The position numbers and the translations under genes are program-made. This document shows, piece after piece, positions 10,938 to 20,689 of a stretch of 64,000 bases of DNA. This stretch comes from an uncultured delta proteobacterium. Its GTDB lineage: Bacteria > Desulfobacterota > Binatia > UBA9968. How positions within the stretch are numbered: the stretch's first letter is position 1; every line of letters starts with the position of its first letter. The notes below the pieces were generated by a model. The model did not search any database and was not told where the DNA came from. It worked only from the letters and a program-made list of their open reading frames with translations. Where the stretch lies: the NCBI GenBank assembly GCA_963727625.1, contig CAVSHR010000004.1, forward strand, positions 320,001-384,000, in the 5' to 3' direction.

Positions 10938-11684
10938 TCATCCGACGAAATGCGCGCCGCCGTCGACATTGAGCAATTGCCCGGTCATGAAGTCACTCTC
11001 GGACGACGCCAGGAACATCACCGTGCCGACCAGATCGTTCTCCACTTGCACGCGTTTAAAAGCACGATTGGCCACGCGGCTGGCATTGAACGCCGGGTCG
11101 ACCGCGCGCCCTTCGGTGACCACGAACCCGGGGCTCACGGTATTCACGCAAATATTATAATCGCCGACTTCCTTCGCCATCGCCCGCGTCATCGCGATGA
11201 GCGCGCCTTTCGAGGTCACGTAATGGATGTAATTCTGCCCGCCGTTGAGCGCGGTGCCGGAGGAGATGTTGATGATCTTGCCCTTCCCCTGCTGCTTCAT
11301 GTACGGAAATGCCGCCTTGGCGCAGAGCCAGGAACCGCGCACGTTGACCGCCATGGCCTTGTCGAACTCGTCCACTTCCATTTCCCAGAACGGGCTCTTC
11401 TTGACGGTCATAAAATAGGCGGCGTTATTCACCAGGACATCGACGCTGCCGAACTGCTTGGCGACTTCATCGACCATTCCCTTCACGCTCTTTTGGTCTG
11501 AAACGTCGCAGGTCATGCTGATCGCCGTGCCGCCCATATCCCGGATCACTTTGACCACAGGGTCCGCGCTGGTGATATCCGGTAACGCCACCTTGGCGCC
11601 CTCTTTGGCGAAGCCGATGGCGTAAGCCTTGCCGATTTTGCCGCCGCCTCCGGTGATGATCACCGATTTGTTTTCGAAGCGCAT
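10938..11684 (-). CDS. SDR family oxidoreductase (tandem paralog of the previous gene)
   Basis: TGGGGKIG, NNAA, YVTSK; collinear and highly similar to 10062-10808. Confidence 0.92.
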   Translation of the reverse strand: MRFENKSVIITGGGGKIGKAYAIGFAKEGAKVALPDITSADPVVKVIRDMGGTAISMTCDVSDQKSVKGMVDEVAKQFGSVDVLVNNAAYFMTVKKSPFWEMEVDEFDKAMAVNVRGSWLCAKAAFPYMKQQGKGKIINISSGTALNGGQNYIHYVTSKGALIAMTRAMAKEVGDYNICVNTVSPGFVVTEGRAVDPAFNASRVANRAFKRVQVENDLVGTVMFLASSESDFMTGQLLNVDGGAHFVG

Positions 11685-11770
11685 GGCTGTCTCCTCTCCA
11701 AAGTCTTCACCGGTTGACTTAACATCGCCGTCCGGCGGCTGTCAATGAAACTCGGCGCGGTAGTTAGCTC

Positions 11771-11859
11771 GTCATCCTGAGCGGATGCGAAGGATCCACT
11801 CTGAGCGACAACTAGAAAGTATAAAGCAGATACTTCGTCGCGGCGCTCCTCAGAATGAC
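11771..11859. repeat. REP/MITE-like palindromic intergenic element
   Basis: GTCATCCTGAGCG..GAAGGATC ... AGATACTTCG..CTCAGAATGAC inverted ends. Confidence 0.65.
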
Positions 11860-11989
11860 ATCGTAAAGCAACAAACCCTTTCGACCCAAGTTTCGGCGTA
11901 ATTCAGATCGGGCATGACCGAACACTGCATTGACAGCGGATGTCTAGACTTTTATGATCGGCCAGAGATTGCACGCAAGGAATTATCGG

Positions 11990-12949
11990 ATGGCTAAACT
12001 AAAACTTACCATTGCCTTTGATAAGTACGACTATTTACAGCCGCTCCGCGACGGCGAGGCGCAGGCCGAAGGTATCGATCTCAACGTCCTCACGGTGGAA
12101 AGCGGCATTCGCCACGAGCGCATGTTTCACTATGGCGAATACGACGCCTGTGAATTTTCCATGTCCTCATACCTGGTCGCGCGCGGCCAGAACGTCGACT
12201 GGCTGCAGGCCATCCCCTTCTTCCCGCGCCGCATGTGGGGCCACAAGTTTTGCTTCATCAAGGCCGGCTCCGGAGTAAAGAAACCGGCCGATTTGAAGGG
12301 CGGACGCATCGGCTTGCGCAGTTACGAAAATACTCTGGCGCTGGTGACCAAGGGCATGCTGATGAACAGCTACGATCTCGGGGTCAGCGACGTGACCTGG
12401 GTGATCGTCAATCGGGAAACCGTCGGCATGAAGCTGCCACTGAGCATCAAAGTCGAATTCGTTGAGGGCAAGCGCAAGCTGGAAGATTTACTCGTCGAAG
12501 GCAAAGTCGACGCGGAGGTGGAGCCCGATTTGCCGCAAAGGTGGATTCGGGGCGAAGGAAGCGTCGAGCGATTGTTTCCGGACTTCGAAACAGAAGAAAA
12601 AGAGTACTACAAGAAGACCGGCGTCTTCCCGATCATGCATCCGGTGGTGATCAAAAAGGAAATTCTTGACCGCGACCCCTGGGTCGCCACGAGCCTGTAC
12701 GAAGCCCTGATCAAGTCGCGCAAAGCCTATAACGATTTCATGGAGCAGCCGCACCGCTTGAGTTTCGCCTGGGGGCGCTCGTATCTAGAAGAAGAGAGAA
12801 AGTTTTTCGGCAAGGACCCTTTCTACCAAGGCTTCAAAGAGAACTATAACGACGTCGACAACTTGATTAAATTTGCCGATCAGCAGGGTATGCTGAAGCG
12901 CAAGTTGAGCGTCGAAGAATTGTTTACGGAGAACACGCGGACAACTTGA
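11990..12949 (+). CDS. 4,5-dihydroxyphthalate decarboxylase-like / PBP2 substrate-binding-fold protein
   Basis: YDYLQPL.DG, EFSMSSY, IPFFPRR, FPIMHPVV motifs. Confidence 0.8.
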   Translation: MAKLKLTIAFDKYDYLQPLRDGEAQAEGIDLNVLTVESGIRHERMFHYGEYDACEFSMSSYLVARGQNVDWLQAIPFFPRRMWGHKFCFIKAGSGVKKPADLKGGRIGLRSYENTLALVTKGMLMNSYDLGVSDVTWVIVNRETVGMKLPLSIKVEFVEGKRKLEDLLVEGKVDAEVEPDLPQRWIRGEGSVERLFPDFETEEKEYYKKTGVFPIMHPVVIKKEILDRDPWVATSLYEALIKSRKAYNDFMEQPHRLSFAWGRSYLEEERKFFGKDPFYQGFKENYNDVDNLIKFADQQGMLKRKLSVEELFTENTRTT

Positions 12950-12964
12950 TTTCCTAATCCAACC

Positions 12965-13038
12965 TGTGATTTCGACCGAAGGGAGAAATCTCTCCGCCCA
13001 GAGGGAGGATTTCTCGTCGCGCTCTCCTCGGAATGACA
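12965..13038. repeat. REP/MITE-like palindromic intergenic element
   Basis: TGTGATTTCGACCGAAGGGAGAAATCT ... GGATTTCTCG..CGGAATGACA; same architecture as 11771-11859. Confidence 0.6.
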
Positions 13039-13088
13039 GACATTTGAAAAGCAGCATCCAGCGCAAGAGAAATTACCGGGGAGGATTT

Positions 13089-14183
13089 ATGGTCGACTAC
13101 CGAATCATCGACGCCGACGGGCATGTCATGGAGCTTGACAGCGAGCTGCGCGAATTCATCGGCCCGCCTTACAAAGATTTGGAGTGGCATCAAAGTTATT
13201 CCTTCTGGCCGGGACTGACGATGGACGGTTATCTCCGCTCGCTCCGGCAAAAAGGCGGCTGGGCCGGCGGTGGCGAGGGACCGAAGGCTAATCATTGGCT
13301 CGACTTCCTTGACAAAAACAAGATCGAGCTGACGGTTCTTTACCCGACTCAAGGACTGACCCACGGCGCGATCCAGGACAAAGATTGGGCGATCTGCATG
13401 GCCACGGCGTACAACGACTGGCTCTATCACAAGTTCATGAAAGTCAGCCCGCGACTGGTCGGCGTCGCTTTGCTGCCGATTCAGGATATTTCCGAAGCGG
13501 TGAAAGAGCTGCGCCGCGCGGTAAACGAGCTGGGCATGGTTGGCGCCGTGTTGCCCGCCGTGGCTCCGGGGGGAAGACTCTATAGCGGCCCGGAGTTTTA
13601 TCCGCTTTGGGAAGAAGCGCAAAAGCTCGACGTGCCGGTGTCGACCCACGGCGGTTTGAGCATGCCCGCTCTCGGTCTGGACGCGGTGAATAACTTCACC
13701 ATCGGCCATACCCTCGAACATCCCTTCGCGCAGATCCGCCAATTCACCGCGCTGATGTTCGAAGGCGTATTCGAGCTGTTCCCCGACTTCAAGTTCGGCT
13801 GCATCGAATGCGGCGTCGGCTGGGTGCCGTATATGATGGATCGCATGGACGAAGAACAGGAGCGCAAAGGCCACTATTCGCCGCGCTGCAAGCTCAAGCC
13901 GAGTGAGTACGTCAAGAAAGGCAATATCTATTTCGCCGTCGAAGTCGAAGAGTGCGCGCTGCCGCTTGCGGCGCAGGTGGCCAACGACAACGCGCTGATC
14001 TGGGCGTCCGACTATCCTCACGAGCGCGACCAGCGCGACTTCAGTCGCGACATCCCGAATCTCATCAACCGCAAAGACGTGAGCGACGAGCTGAAGCGAA
14101 AAATCTTCTGGGACAATCCTCTGCGGTTCTACCCGCGGCTCAAAGCGCGAGTCGAAAAAGGCCAAACCAAGGCAGTCGCTTAG
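13089..14183 (+). CDS. Amidohydrolase_2 family protein
   Basis: IIDADGHVME, STHGG, ECGVGW, ASDYPH; RBS ggagg. Confidence 0.9.
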   Translation: MVDYRIIDADGHVMELDSELREFIGPPYKDLEWHQSYSFWPGLTMDGYLRSLRQKGGWAGGGEGPKANHWLDFLDKNKIELTVLYPTQGLTHGAIQDKDWAICMATAYNDWLYHKFMKVSPRLVGVALLPIQDISEAVKELRRAVNELGMVGAVLPAVAPGGRLYSGPEFYPLWEEAQKLDVPVSTHGGLSMPALGLDAVNNFTIGHTLEHPFAQIRQFTALMFEGVFELFPDFKFGCIECGVGWVPYMMDRMDEEQERKGHYSPRCKLKPSEYVKKGNIYFAVEVEECALPLAAQVANDNALIWASDYPHERDQRDFSRDIPNLINRKDVSDELKRKIFWDNPLRFYPRLKARVEKGQTKAVA

Positions 14184-14216
14184 CCGCCGGCAATTTAATT
14201 GCAGGTAAAATTCTTT

Positions 14217-14380
14217 TCACCACGAAGTGTGTCATGAGCTTACGCTCCCTCCAGAGAATGAAATTGAACGGATTAACCACCACTCGGCGCCCGCGACCGT
14301 CTTATTTCGAAGGAGGACACAAAGTTAGAATCCTCAATTTTTGAAACCTTCGTGTCCTTCGTGCTTTCACTTCGTGGTGA
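14217..14380. repeat. Inverted-repeat element with short-period CTTCGTG repeats between convergent genes
   Basis: Perfect 13-bp IR TCACCACGAAGTG (14217-14229) / CACTTCGTGGTGA (14368-14380); internal cttcgtgtc-cttcgtg. Confidence 0.6.
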
Positions 14381-14394
14381 GATCCCTTTCCGCC

Positions 14395-17300
14395 TCAATG
14401 AAAATCCCGGCTGCGCATGCTCGCCGGCTTCAGCTCCACTCTCGGCTCCCACAGTTCTTCCGCCACCAGATGCACTACTCCCTCTTCGGCCTGGATGGTG
14501 CCGCTGATACCGAGAAAGCTCGCGGTCTTCGCCAGCACCGCATAGCGCTGAAAAACGCTCTCCCAAATCACCGCATTCACAAAACCGGTTTCATCTTCCA
14601 GCGTCATGAACACGACGCCGCCGGCTGTCCCCGGCCGCTGCCGGCAGATCACCAGCCCGGCGTAGCGAATTTTTACGCCGTTTCTCATTTGCGCCACGGC
14701 GCGCGCGTCCGGTAATTTATGGCGAATCAAGCTCGCGCGCATCGGTTCGAGCGGATGGCGCCGCGCGCTGTGCGAAGTGCGGCGGTAATCCCAACCGACT
14801 TCCTCGAAGTCGCTCAAGGGCGCGAACCCCGGACGGCGTTCCCGCGCCGGCAGCGACAATGATTCTCCTCGCGTACGCGCCAAACGGCGCGCATCCCAGA
14901 GCGCGGTGCGCCGGTCGATGTGAAAAGAATCGAAGGCGCCGGATTCCGCAAGGGCGCTGAGCGAAGCTTCATCCAAACCCGTGCGCCGGGCGAAGTCCTG
15001 GAGCGATGTGAATGCTGCAGTACGGCGCGTGCGAATGATTCTCTCCCACTCGCCTTCCCCCAGTCCTTTGACGTAGCGTAGCCCCATGCGAACGGCGAAG
15101 CCGCCGTGGCTTTGCGTGCAAAGCTCCAGCGTGCAGTTCCAATCGCTCGTCTGGATGTCGATGCTACGCATGACGACGTGATGGCGCTTGGCGTCCTCGA
15201 CGATAGTCGCGGGCGTATAGAATCCCATCGGCTGGGCGTTGAGCAAGGCACAGGTATATTCCGCGTGATAGTGGCACTTGAGCCATGCGGTCGCGTAGGC
15301 GATAAGCGCGAAGCTCGCTGCGTGGCTCTCCGGAAAACCATACTCGCCGAAGCCGCGGATTTGCTCGAAGACCCGCTCGGCGAATTCCGCGGCGATGCCT
15401 TTCACCTGCATGCGCGTGATCAGCCGCTCGCGATGGCACTCCATTCTTCCGGTGCGGTGCCACGCCGCCATGTCGCGGCGCAGCTGATCGGCTTCGCCCG
15501 GCGTGTAGTCGGCGGCGATCATGGCGAGGCGCATCACCTGTTCTTGAAACAGCGGCACGCCGAGGGTTTTTTCCAGAACCGGTTTCAACGACGGATGCGG
15601 AAATTCCACATTTTCTTTGCCCTGTCTTCGGCGTAGATAGGGGTGCACCATGCCGCCGGTGATCGGTCCGGGACGGACGATGCTGATCTCGATGACCAGA
15701 TCGTAAAAGTTTCGCGGCCGGAGCCGCGGCAGCATCGCCATTTGCGCCCGGCTCTCGATCTGGAACACACCCACCGTGTCACCCTTGCAGATCATCTCGT
15801 AGGTTGCCGTGTCATTCGCGGGAATCGTCGCCATCGACAGATCGAAACCGCGGTGCTCATGCAGCAGCTTGAAGCAGAAATCGAGCTGGGTCAGGCCACC
15901 CAAGCCGAGCAGATCGACCTTGAACAGGCCGAGGTCTTCCACGTCTTCCTTGTCCCACTGGATCACCGTGCGCTCGGGCATGGTGGCGTTCTCGATGGGG
16001 ACGAGGTCGTACACCGGTTCGTGGCCGAGCAGAAAACCGCCGGGATGAATCGACAAGTGACGCGGGAAATCCAAAATCTCATTGGTGAGCTGGAGCAGAT
16101 GTTCGTTCACTCCACCGGACAGATCAAAACCCATCGCGGCCAGCACCTCCGGCCGCACGTTCTCGTAGGACGAAAGAAACTTGGCAACCCGATCCAGCGC
16201 CGTCTCCGACAGGCCCAGCGCCTTGCCGACGTCGCGCAGTGCCGAGCGCGCGCGGTAGCGTACCACGTTGGCGACCATGGCGGCGCGGTCGCGGCCGTAT
16301 TTCTGATAAACATGCTGGATCACTTCCTCGCGCCGGTCATGCTCGATGTCGAGATCGATATCCGGCGGTTCGGCCCGCTCCCGCGAGATAAAGCGCTCGA
16401 ACAACAGGCCGATCCGCTTTGGATCGACAGCGGTAATCCCCAGGCAATAGCACACAGCCGAATTGGCCGCCGAACCGCGCCCCTGACAGAGAATCCCGTT
16501 AGCGCGGCAGAACTCGACGATCTCCCACATGGTGAGAAAATAGCCGGGATAATCGAGCGCTTCGATGATCTCAATCTCCTTTTCAATCTGTACGACGATC
16601 TCATCGGGGATCCGGTCGGGATAGCGCCGGCGCGCGCCGGCCAAGGTTTGCCGGCGCAGCCATTCGGCCGATGTCATTCCGTTCGGCAATGTTTCGGACG
16701 GATAGCGGTAGCGGATTTCATCGAGCGAAAAATTGCAGCGCTCGGCGATTTCCAGCGTGCGCTCGACTGCGCCCGGGTCGTCGCCGAAAAGGCGCGCGAA
16801 AGCGTGCGGCGGCTTGAGCCCGTATTCGGCGTTGGGCTTGAGCTTGCGACCGCAGGAAGTGACGGGAATACCGTGGCAAATCGCGGTCAAGACATCCTGC
16901 AAACGGCGCCGCGCCGGGGTGTGGTACAGAACCTCGTTGGCAGCGGCCAAGGAAAAACCAAAGCGCTTGGCGCGCTTGCGCAGCCGCGCTTCCTGACTGA
17001 TTTCTTCTTCGCGGCGGTGGCGCGCAATCATGGCGTAAATCCGGTCGGCAAAAGCATCGCGGAGCTTGCCGAGCGCTTCATCCGGTTCAGCTTCACCGAT
17101 CAGCAAACTTTGCTCGCCGCCCCACAGTGCAACCAGTCCCGGCGCATGGGTGCAAATCTCGTCCCAAGTAACAACGCTTTCGCCTTTCCCCGAGCGCAAC
17201 CGCCCCTTCGTTAGCAATCGGCAGAGATTGGCATAGCCGCCACGGTCCTGCGCCAGCAGAACGATCGTCGAGCCATCTTCTACCGTCACTTCCGAACCGA

Positions 17301-17490
17301 CGATGAGCTTCATGCCGACTTCGCGCGCCTTCACATGAGCGCGCACCACGCCGTAGACGCCATCGCGGTCGGTCAGCGCGATCACCGGCAAGCCGAGCCG
17401 ATAAACCTCCTCCACCAGCTCGTCCGGATGGCTCGCGCCTTCGAGAAAAGAAAAATTACTCTTGCACCAGAGCGGCACGTAGAGAGACAT
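14395..17490 (-). CDS. dnaE2: Error-prone DNA polymerase DnaE2 (ImuC)
   Basis: [13 protein letters not shown] start, [26 protein letters not shown], diagnostic C-terminal SRDFH. Confidence 0.97.
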   Translation of the reverse strand: MSLYVPLWCKSNFSFLEGASHPDELVEEVYRLGLPVIALTDRDGVYGVVRAHVKAREVGMKLIVGSEVTVEDGSTIVLLAQDRGGYANLCRLLTKGRLRSGKGESVVTWDEICTHAPGLVALWGGEQSLLIGEAEPDEALGKLRDAFADRIYAMIARHRREEEISQEARLRKRAKRFGFSLAAANEVLYHTPARRRLQDVLTAICHGIPVTSCGRKLKPNAEYGLKPPHAFARLFGDDPGAVERTLEIAERCNFSLDEIRYRYPSETLPNGMTSAEWLRRQTLAGARRRYPDRIPDEIVVQIEKEIEIIEALDYPGYFLTMWEIVEFCRANGILCQGRGSAANSAVCYCLGITAVDPKRIGLLFERFISRERAEPPDIDLDIEHDRREEVIQHVYQKYGRDRAAMVANVVRYRARSALRDVGKALGLSETALDRVAKFLSSYENVRPEVLAAMGFDLSGGVNEHLLQLTNEILDFPRHLSIHPGGFLLGHEPVYDLVPIENATMPERTVIQWDKEDVEDLGLFKVDLLGLGGLTQLDFCFKLLHEHRGFDLSMATIPANDTATYEMICKGDTVGVFQIESRAQMAMLPRLRPRNFYDLVIEISIVRPGPITGGMVHPYLRRRQGKENVEFPHPSLKPVLEKTLGVPLFQEQVMRLAMIAADYTPGEADQLRRDMAAWHRTGRMECHRERLITRMQVKGIAAEFAERVFEQIRGFGEYGFPESHAASFALIAYATAWLKCHYHAEYTCALLNAQPMGFYTPATIVEDAKRHHVVMRSIDIQTSDWNCTLELCTQSHGGFAVRMGLRYVKGLGEGEWERIIRTRRTAAFTSLQDFARRTGLDEASLSALAESGAFDSFHIDRRTALWDARRLARTRGESLSLPARERRPGFAPLSDFEEVGWDYRRTSHSARRHPLEPMRASLIRHKLPDARAVAQMRNGVKIRYAGLVICRQRPGTAGGVVFMTLEDETGFVNAVIWESVFQRYAVLAKTASFLGISGTIQAEEGVVHLVAEELWEPRVELKPASMRSRDFH

Positions 17491-17749
17491 CGAGAATAGA
17501 CTTCAGCAAACGAACGCCGCAGTCAAAGGCGGCTTTCAGGAAACCACGGGATATTTTCTCTTTTGAGGGAGAAACACGCAGGTTAAGGATTTTTGTTTGT
17601 AGTGTCTCGGCTGCTACCGAAGAATCTCAGCAGCCGACATCAGTGTTCGCGAGATCTCCGCGCTAACCACCGATCGCAGAGATTCGCCATGGGGGCATAG
17701 GAACACCCGCCTTGAGCTTTATGCGGCCTAACGCTATCCCGCTGAGCCG
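17339..17749. repeat. Direct repeat copy A (dnaE2 5' end, leader and attC half)
   Basis: Aligns by eye with 18335-18748 with scattered substitutions. Confidence 0.9.
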
Positions 17750-17775
17750 GAATCGGGTCCGGCGGCAGGTTAGGC
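17726..17775 (-). other. Short (probably internally deleted) attC site
   Basis: GCCTAAC (17726) ... GTTAGGC (17769) immediately after the toxin stop codon. Confidence 0.65.
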
Positions 17776-17778
17776 TCT

Positions 17779-18042
17779 CTATCGGTAAACGTCCTTTCTG
17801 TGGCCAACTTTGACGATGTCGACCAGAAATTTCTCGTCGTCGATGGAATACAAGATACGATAGTTACCCTCTCGCACCCTATATCGGTCGAGGTGACCTG
17901 ATAATTTTTCACAACCAAACGGCCTTGGGTCCTCACTGAGGGATTGAATCCGTAGAACAATTCGTTGCCGGTCTTTCTTCTGTCCGACAGCGTCAATCTC
18001 TCTGCTTGCAGACGGCTTGATGACAACCCTATATCTTGCCAC
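17779..18042 (-). CDS. Type II toxin, RelE/ParE family (integron cassette)
   Basis: YRVVIKPSA.RE, PRPFGCEKLSG, YRVREGNYRILY.IDD, VGHRKDVYR. Confidence 0.9.
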   Translation of the reverse strand: MARYRVVIKPSASREIDAVGQKKDRQRIVLRIQSLSEDPRPFGCEKLSGHLDRYRVREGNYRILYSIDDEKFLVDIVKVGHRKDVYR

Positions 18043-18259
18043 GCCGTCTCAATGACCTCACCACGATTTCAAAGTCGACGCTCTTTTCGTGATGGCGTTC
18101 TTCAAACGCAGCCAGATCTTCCGCGTCCTCGGCCAACGCCAGTTTCACAGCGTCGTTGACCATATCAGAAATGGAACGATCGGTAGCTGCGGCCTTCAAT
18201 CGCAGGGCTCGATGAATCTCGGGTTCGAAATAAACGGTAGCTCGTTTGGGTAAACTCAT
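18029..18259 (-). CDS. Type II antitoxin, CopG/RHH family
   Basis: KRATVYFEPEIHRALRLKAA..SISDMVNDAV; overlaps toxin; own promoter TTGACG-17-TATTCT 6 nt before ATG with palindrome ACGTTGCAACGT. Confidence 0.85.
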   Translation of the reverse strand: MSLPKRATVYFEPEIHRALRLKAAATDRSISDMVNDAVKLALAEDAEDLAAFEERHHEKSVDFEIVVRSLRRRGKI

Positions 18260-18309
18260 ACGGGTAGAATAACGTTGCAACGTCATGACGTCAACATCCG
18301 ACCGGGAGA

Positions 18310-18486
18310 CTAACGTCGTGCGTTGAGCGGACGCGCCCGCACCACGCCGTAAACGCCGTCCCGGTCGGTCAGCGCGATCGCCGGCAAGCCGAGCCGATAA
18401 ACCTCCTCCACCAGCTCGTCCGGATGGCTCGCGCCTTCGAGAAAAGGAAAATTACTCTTGCACCAGAGCGGAACGTAGAGAGACAT
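18310..18486 (-). pseudogene. Truncated duplicate of dnaE2 5' end (58 aa, open frame)
   Basis: Translates [58 protein letters not shown]; stop lies in the GTTAG core at 18314. Confidence 0.85.
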
Positions 18487-18748
18487 CGAAAATAGACTTT
18501 AGCAAACGAACGCCGCAGTCAAAGGCGGGCTTTTCAGTAAGCCACGGAATATTTCCGCTTTCGAGGGAGAAACACGCTGGTTAAAGATTTTTGTTTGTAG
18601 TGTCTTGGCTGCTGCTCAAAAATTTCAGAAGCCAATATCAACGTTCGCGAGATCTCTGCGCTAACCCCCGATCGCAGACATTCGCCATGGGGGCATAGGA
18701 ACACCCGCCTTGGGCTTTACGCGGCGTAACGCGATGCCGCTGAGCCGC
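18335..18748. repeat. Direct repeat copy B (dnaE2 5' end, leader and attC half)
   Basis: Diverged copy of 17339-17749, offset about 997 bp. Confidence 0.9.
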
Positions 18749-18808
18749 TACAGCAAAAAAGTCCATGGATTACGAGTACTCGCCGTCGGCTCAAGCGGCG
18801 GGTTCGGC
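18724..18808 (-). other. attC site
   Basis: GCGTAAC ... GCCGCTGAGCCG / CGGCTCAAGCGGC ... GTTCGGC; R'' complements cassette start at 19301. Confidence 0.8.
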
Positions 18809-19282
18809 GGCACGAACCTCGACGTCCACATATTCACATCCGATCAGTGCATCCCGTCCGTTGAGGTCTGGATGTGAGTTGCTGTCGACGATGCACACGC
18901 GGTAGTACTGGATGAGTCGCCAACCCAATGCGTCGAAATCGAAGAAGCAGATCGGATGGATGATTTGCTTCTCCTCGGGCGGAATCCACGCAACGGGGTG
19001 GTCCCAGTATCCGGACGCCGGGATGTCGCGGTTCGCGTGCAACGGCAACTTGCCCGCATGATCCGCAAACAGTCGGTACTCCGTCAGAATCTCATTCCCG
19101 TGGTTCATCGGTATGGGCCGCACCTCCACACCGGCCCGACCAAGAACGCACTCGGCGAAGAGAGTGTTAGCGACTTTAACGAATTCGTCCGCGGTGTCCC
19201 ACGTCCCGTGGGATCGCATGTAGCTGTTCCAAAGGTGCCGCACCGCCTCCCGGAACTCGTGAATGTGTGGTGTGAGTATCAT
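18791..19282 (-). CDS. Hypothetical integron cassette protein
   Basis: 163-aa ORF filling the cassette between GTTCGGCGGC (19301) and matching R'' (18808). Confidence 0.7.
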   Translation of the reverse strand: MILTPHIHEFREAVRHLWNSYMRSHGTWDTADEFVKVANTLFAECVLGRAGVEVRPIPMNHGNEILTEYRLFADHAGKLPLHANRDIPASGYWDHPVAWIPPEEKQIIHPICFFDFDALGWRLIQYYRVCIVDSNSHPDLNGRDALIGCEYVDVEVRAAEPAA

Positions 19283-19294
19283 CGCGATGTTGCC

Positions 19295-19320
19295 GCCGAA
19301 CTAGTAATATACTGATCTGC
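19295..19320 (-). other. Solo attI-like site (attI-3)
   Basis: Minus strand CAGATCAG-TATA-N6-GTTCGGC resembles attI-1/2 (CTGGTCAG-YATA-N7-GTTA); no attC hairpin upstream. Confidence 0.55.
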
Positions 19321-19397
19321 CTTTCGCGATATTAATATCGGCAAAGGCCGCCTGCAAGGTAAGGGCCGGGCGTACAGGCAACTATCAACGTGACTCG

Positions 19398-19937
19398 CTA
19401 GTCGCTCTGTTGATACCACACGAACTGTTTGCCGTCCCAATAGATGAAAGCGCTCGCAGACTCGGACTTTGCGACCCAGAGGGAGTCTCCTTTGGGAGTT
19501 GGGGATTTGTTCTCCCAGCGGCTTTTGCGAACTTCCTGCTTCGGATAGACGCTCCAGTTGTCCATCCAATTGAAGTCGGCGCCGCCGTTTCGAAAGGCGC
19601 TCCCGGCTCCCAAGATTATCGGTTTTGTTTCGCCAAAAAGAAAAATGACGATACCTGTTTGGCCGGTGAGTTTGTTGCGCACGAGCACGGCGATATCGAG
19701 CTTTTGGTCTCCGTTGAAATCGCCGCTTTGAAAAAAAGGATTGAGGTGCAGACTTAGATCATAGTGCTTCGGCAACTGAGTTGATTGGGCAAGGCGCATA
19801 ACCCACTCCGGCAGATTGGAACACGGCGAAGCACCCGAAGGCGGGATTGGGCTATTGCACCATCCGGACTCTTCCGCGCCAACCGGAGTTGTGAGTCGCG
19901 AAAGGACTATCAGGAAAGCAATAACCAGTCGTACCAT
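19398..19937 (-). CDS. Secreted hypothetical protein (FG-GAP-like GDFNGD motif)
   Basis: Signal peptide MVRLVIAFL.., GDFNGDQKLDIAVLV, C-terminal YWDGKQFVWYQQSD. Confidence 0.65.
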   Translation of the reverse strand: MVRLVIAFLIVLSRLTTPVGAEESGWCNSPIPPSGASPCSNLPEWVMRLAQSTQLPKHYDLSLHLNPFFQSGDFNGDQKLDIAVLVRNKLTGQTGIVIFLFGETKPIILGAGSAFRNGGADFNWMDNWSVYPKQEVRKSRWENKSPTPKGDSLWVAKSESASAFIYWDGKQFVWYQQSD

Positions 19938-20073
19938 GATAGCCAAACAATCCTCTGCGGGTGTATTTGGGTGGCTTACATGTTTTTCCGCTACAGCTTT
20001 ACGCCAAAAGCCGATCGACACGACCGGCCTATTCCCTAGCGATAGGCCCCTTATTCGGCCGGCCATCCGCTTT

Positions 20074-20673
20074 TTACCAACCGGCAAGAGCCTGTAACTG
20101 TCTGTCGTGGAGCTTACTTAAAACAGTCAAAGCCATAATCGCCCCCACTAGCGCCATCGCCATGTCGGACTGGGTGTCCCAGACATAACCTTGCGTCCCG
20201 AGAAAAGCTTCCGCGGAATCGCCGGTAGCGACGGCGACGCCCCATTCGAACAATTCGTAGAGCGCGCTGAAAGCCAGGCAGATCGAAATCACCAAGAGAT
20301 TGAGCCAGGCGCGCCCATTGACGACCGAATTTCGAATAAAGATTTCGCGCGCAATGATCGCCGGAACGAAACCTTGAGCGAAATGACCGAGCTTGTCGTA
20401 GTTGTTCCTCTGCCAGCCGAAGAAGTCACGGACAAACTTAAAAGCATCGACCTCGGCGTAAGTGTAGTGCGCGCCGAGAAACAGGATCAGGCAGTGTATA
20501 AGAATCAGCGTGTAAGCGAGTGGTGTTAAAGGGAACCGTTTGTAGGTCGCGGCGAGAATGACGAGCGCGAGCAGCGCCGGCGACGCCTCTAGAAACCAGG
20601 TAAAATAGTCATGCGGATTGACGGCCGACCAGACCAAAGCTGTGAAATAAGCTGCCAGCCAAACAATTTTCAT
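20074..20673 (-). CDS. DUF2238 (YjdF-like) inner membrane protein
   Basis: HYTYAEV, RNNYDKLGHFAQG, YELFEW, GTQGYVWDTQSDM. Confidence 0.9.
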   Translation of the reverse strand: MKIVWLAAYFTALVWSAVNPHDYFTWFLEASPALLALVILAATYKRFPLTPLAYTLILIHCLILFLGAHYTYAEVDAFKFVRDFFGWQRNNYDKLGHFAQGFVPAIIAREIFIRNSVVNGRAWLNLLVISICLAFSALYELFEWGVAVATGDSAEAFLGTQGYVWDTQSDMAMALVGAIMALTVLSKLHDRQLQALAGW

Positions 20674-20689
20674 GGGAGTTACCGCGGGG

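Noticed and set aside
12954-17214. Long antisense ORFs (12954-14165 minus, 15643-17214 plus, and similar elsewhere)
   Set aside because: Shadow ORFs opposite well-supported genes in GC-rich DNA; no recognisable motifs
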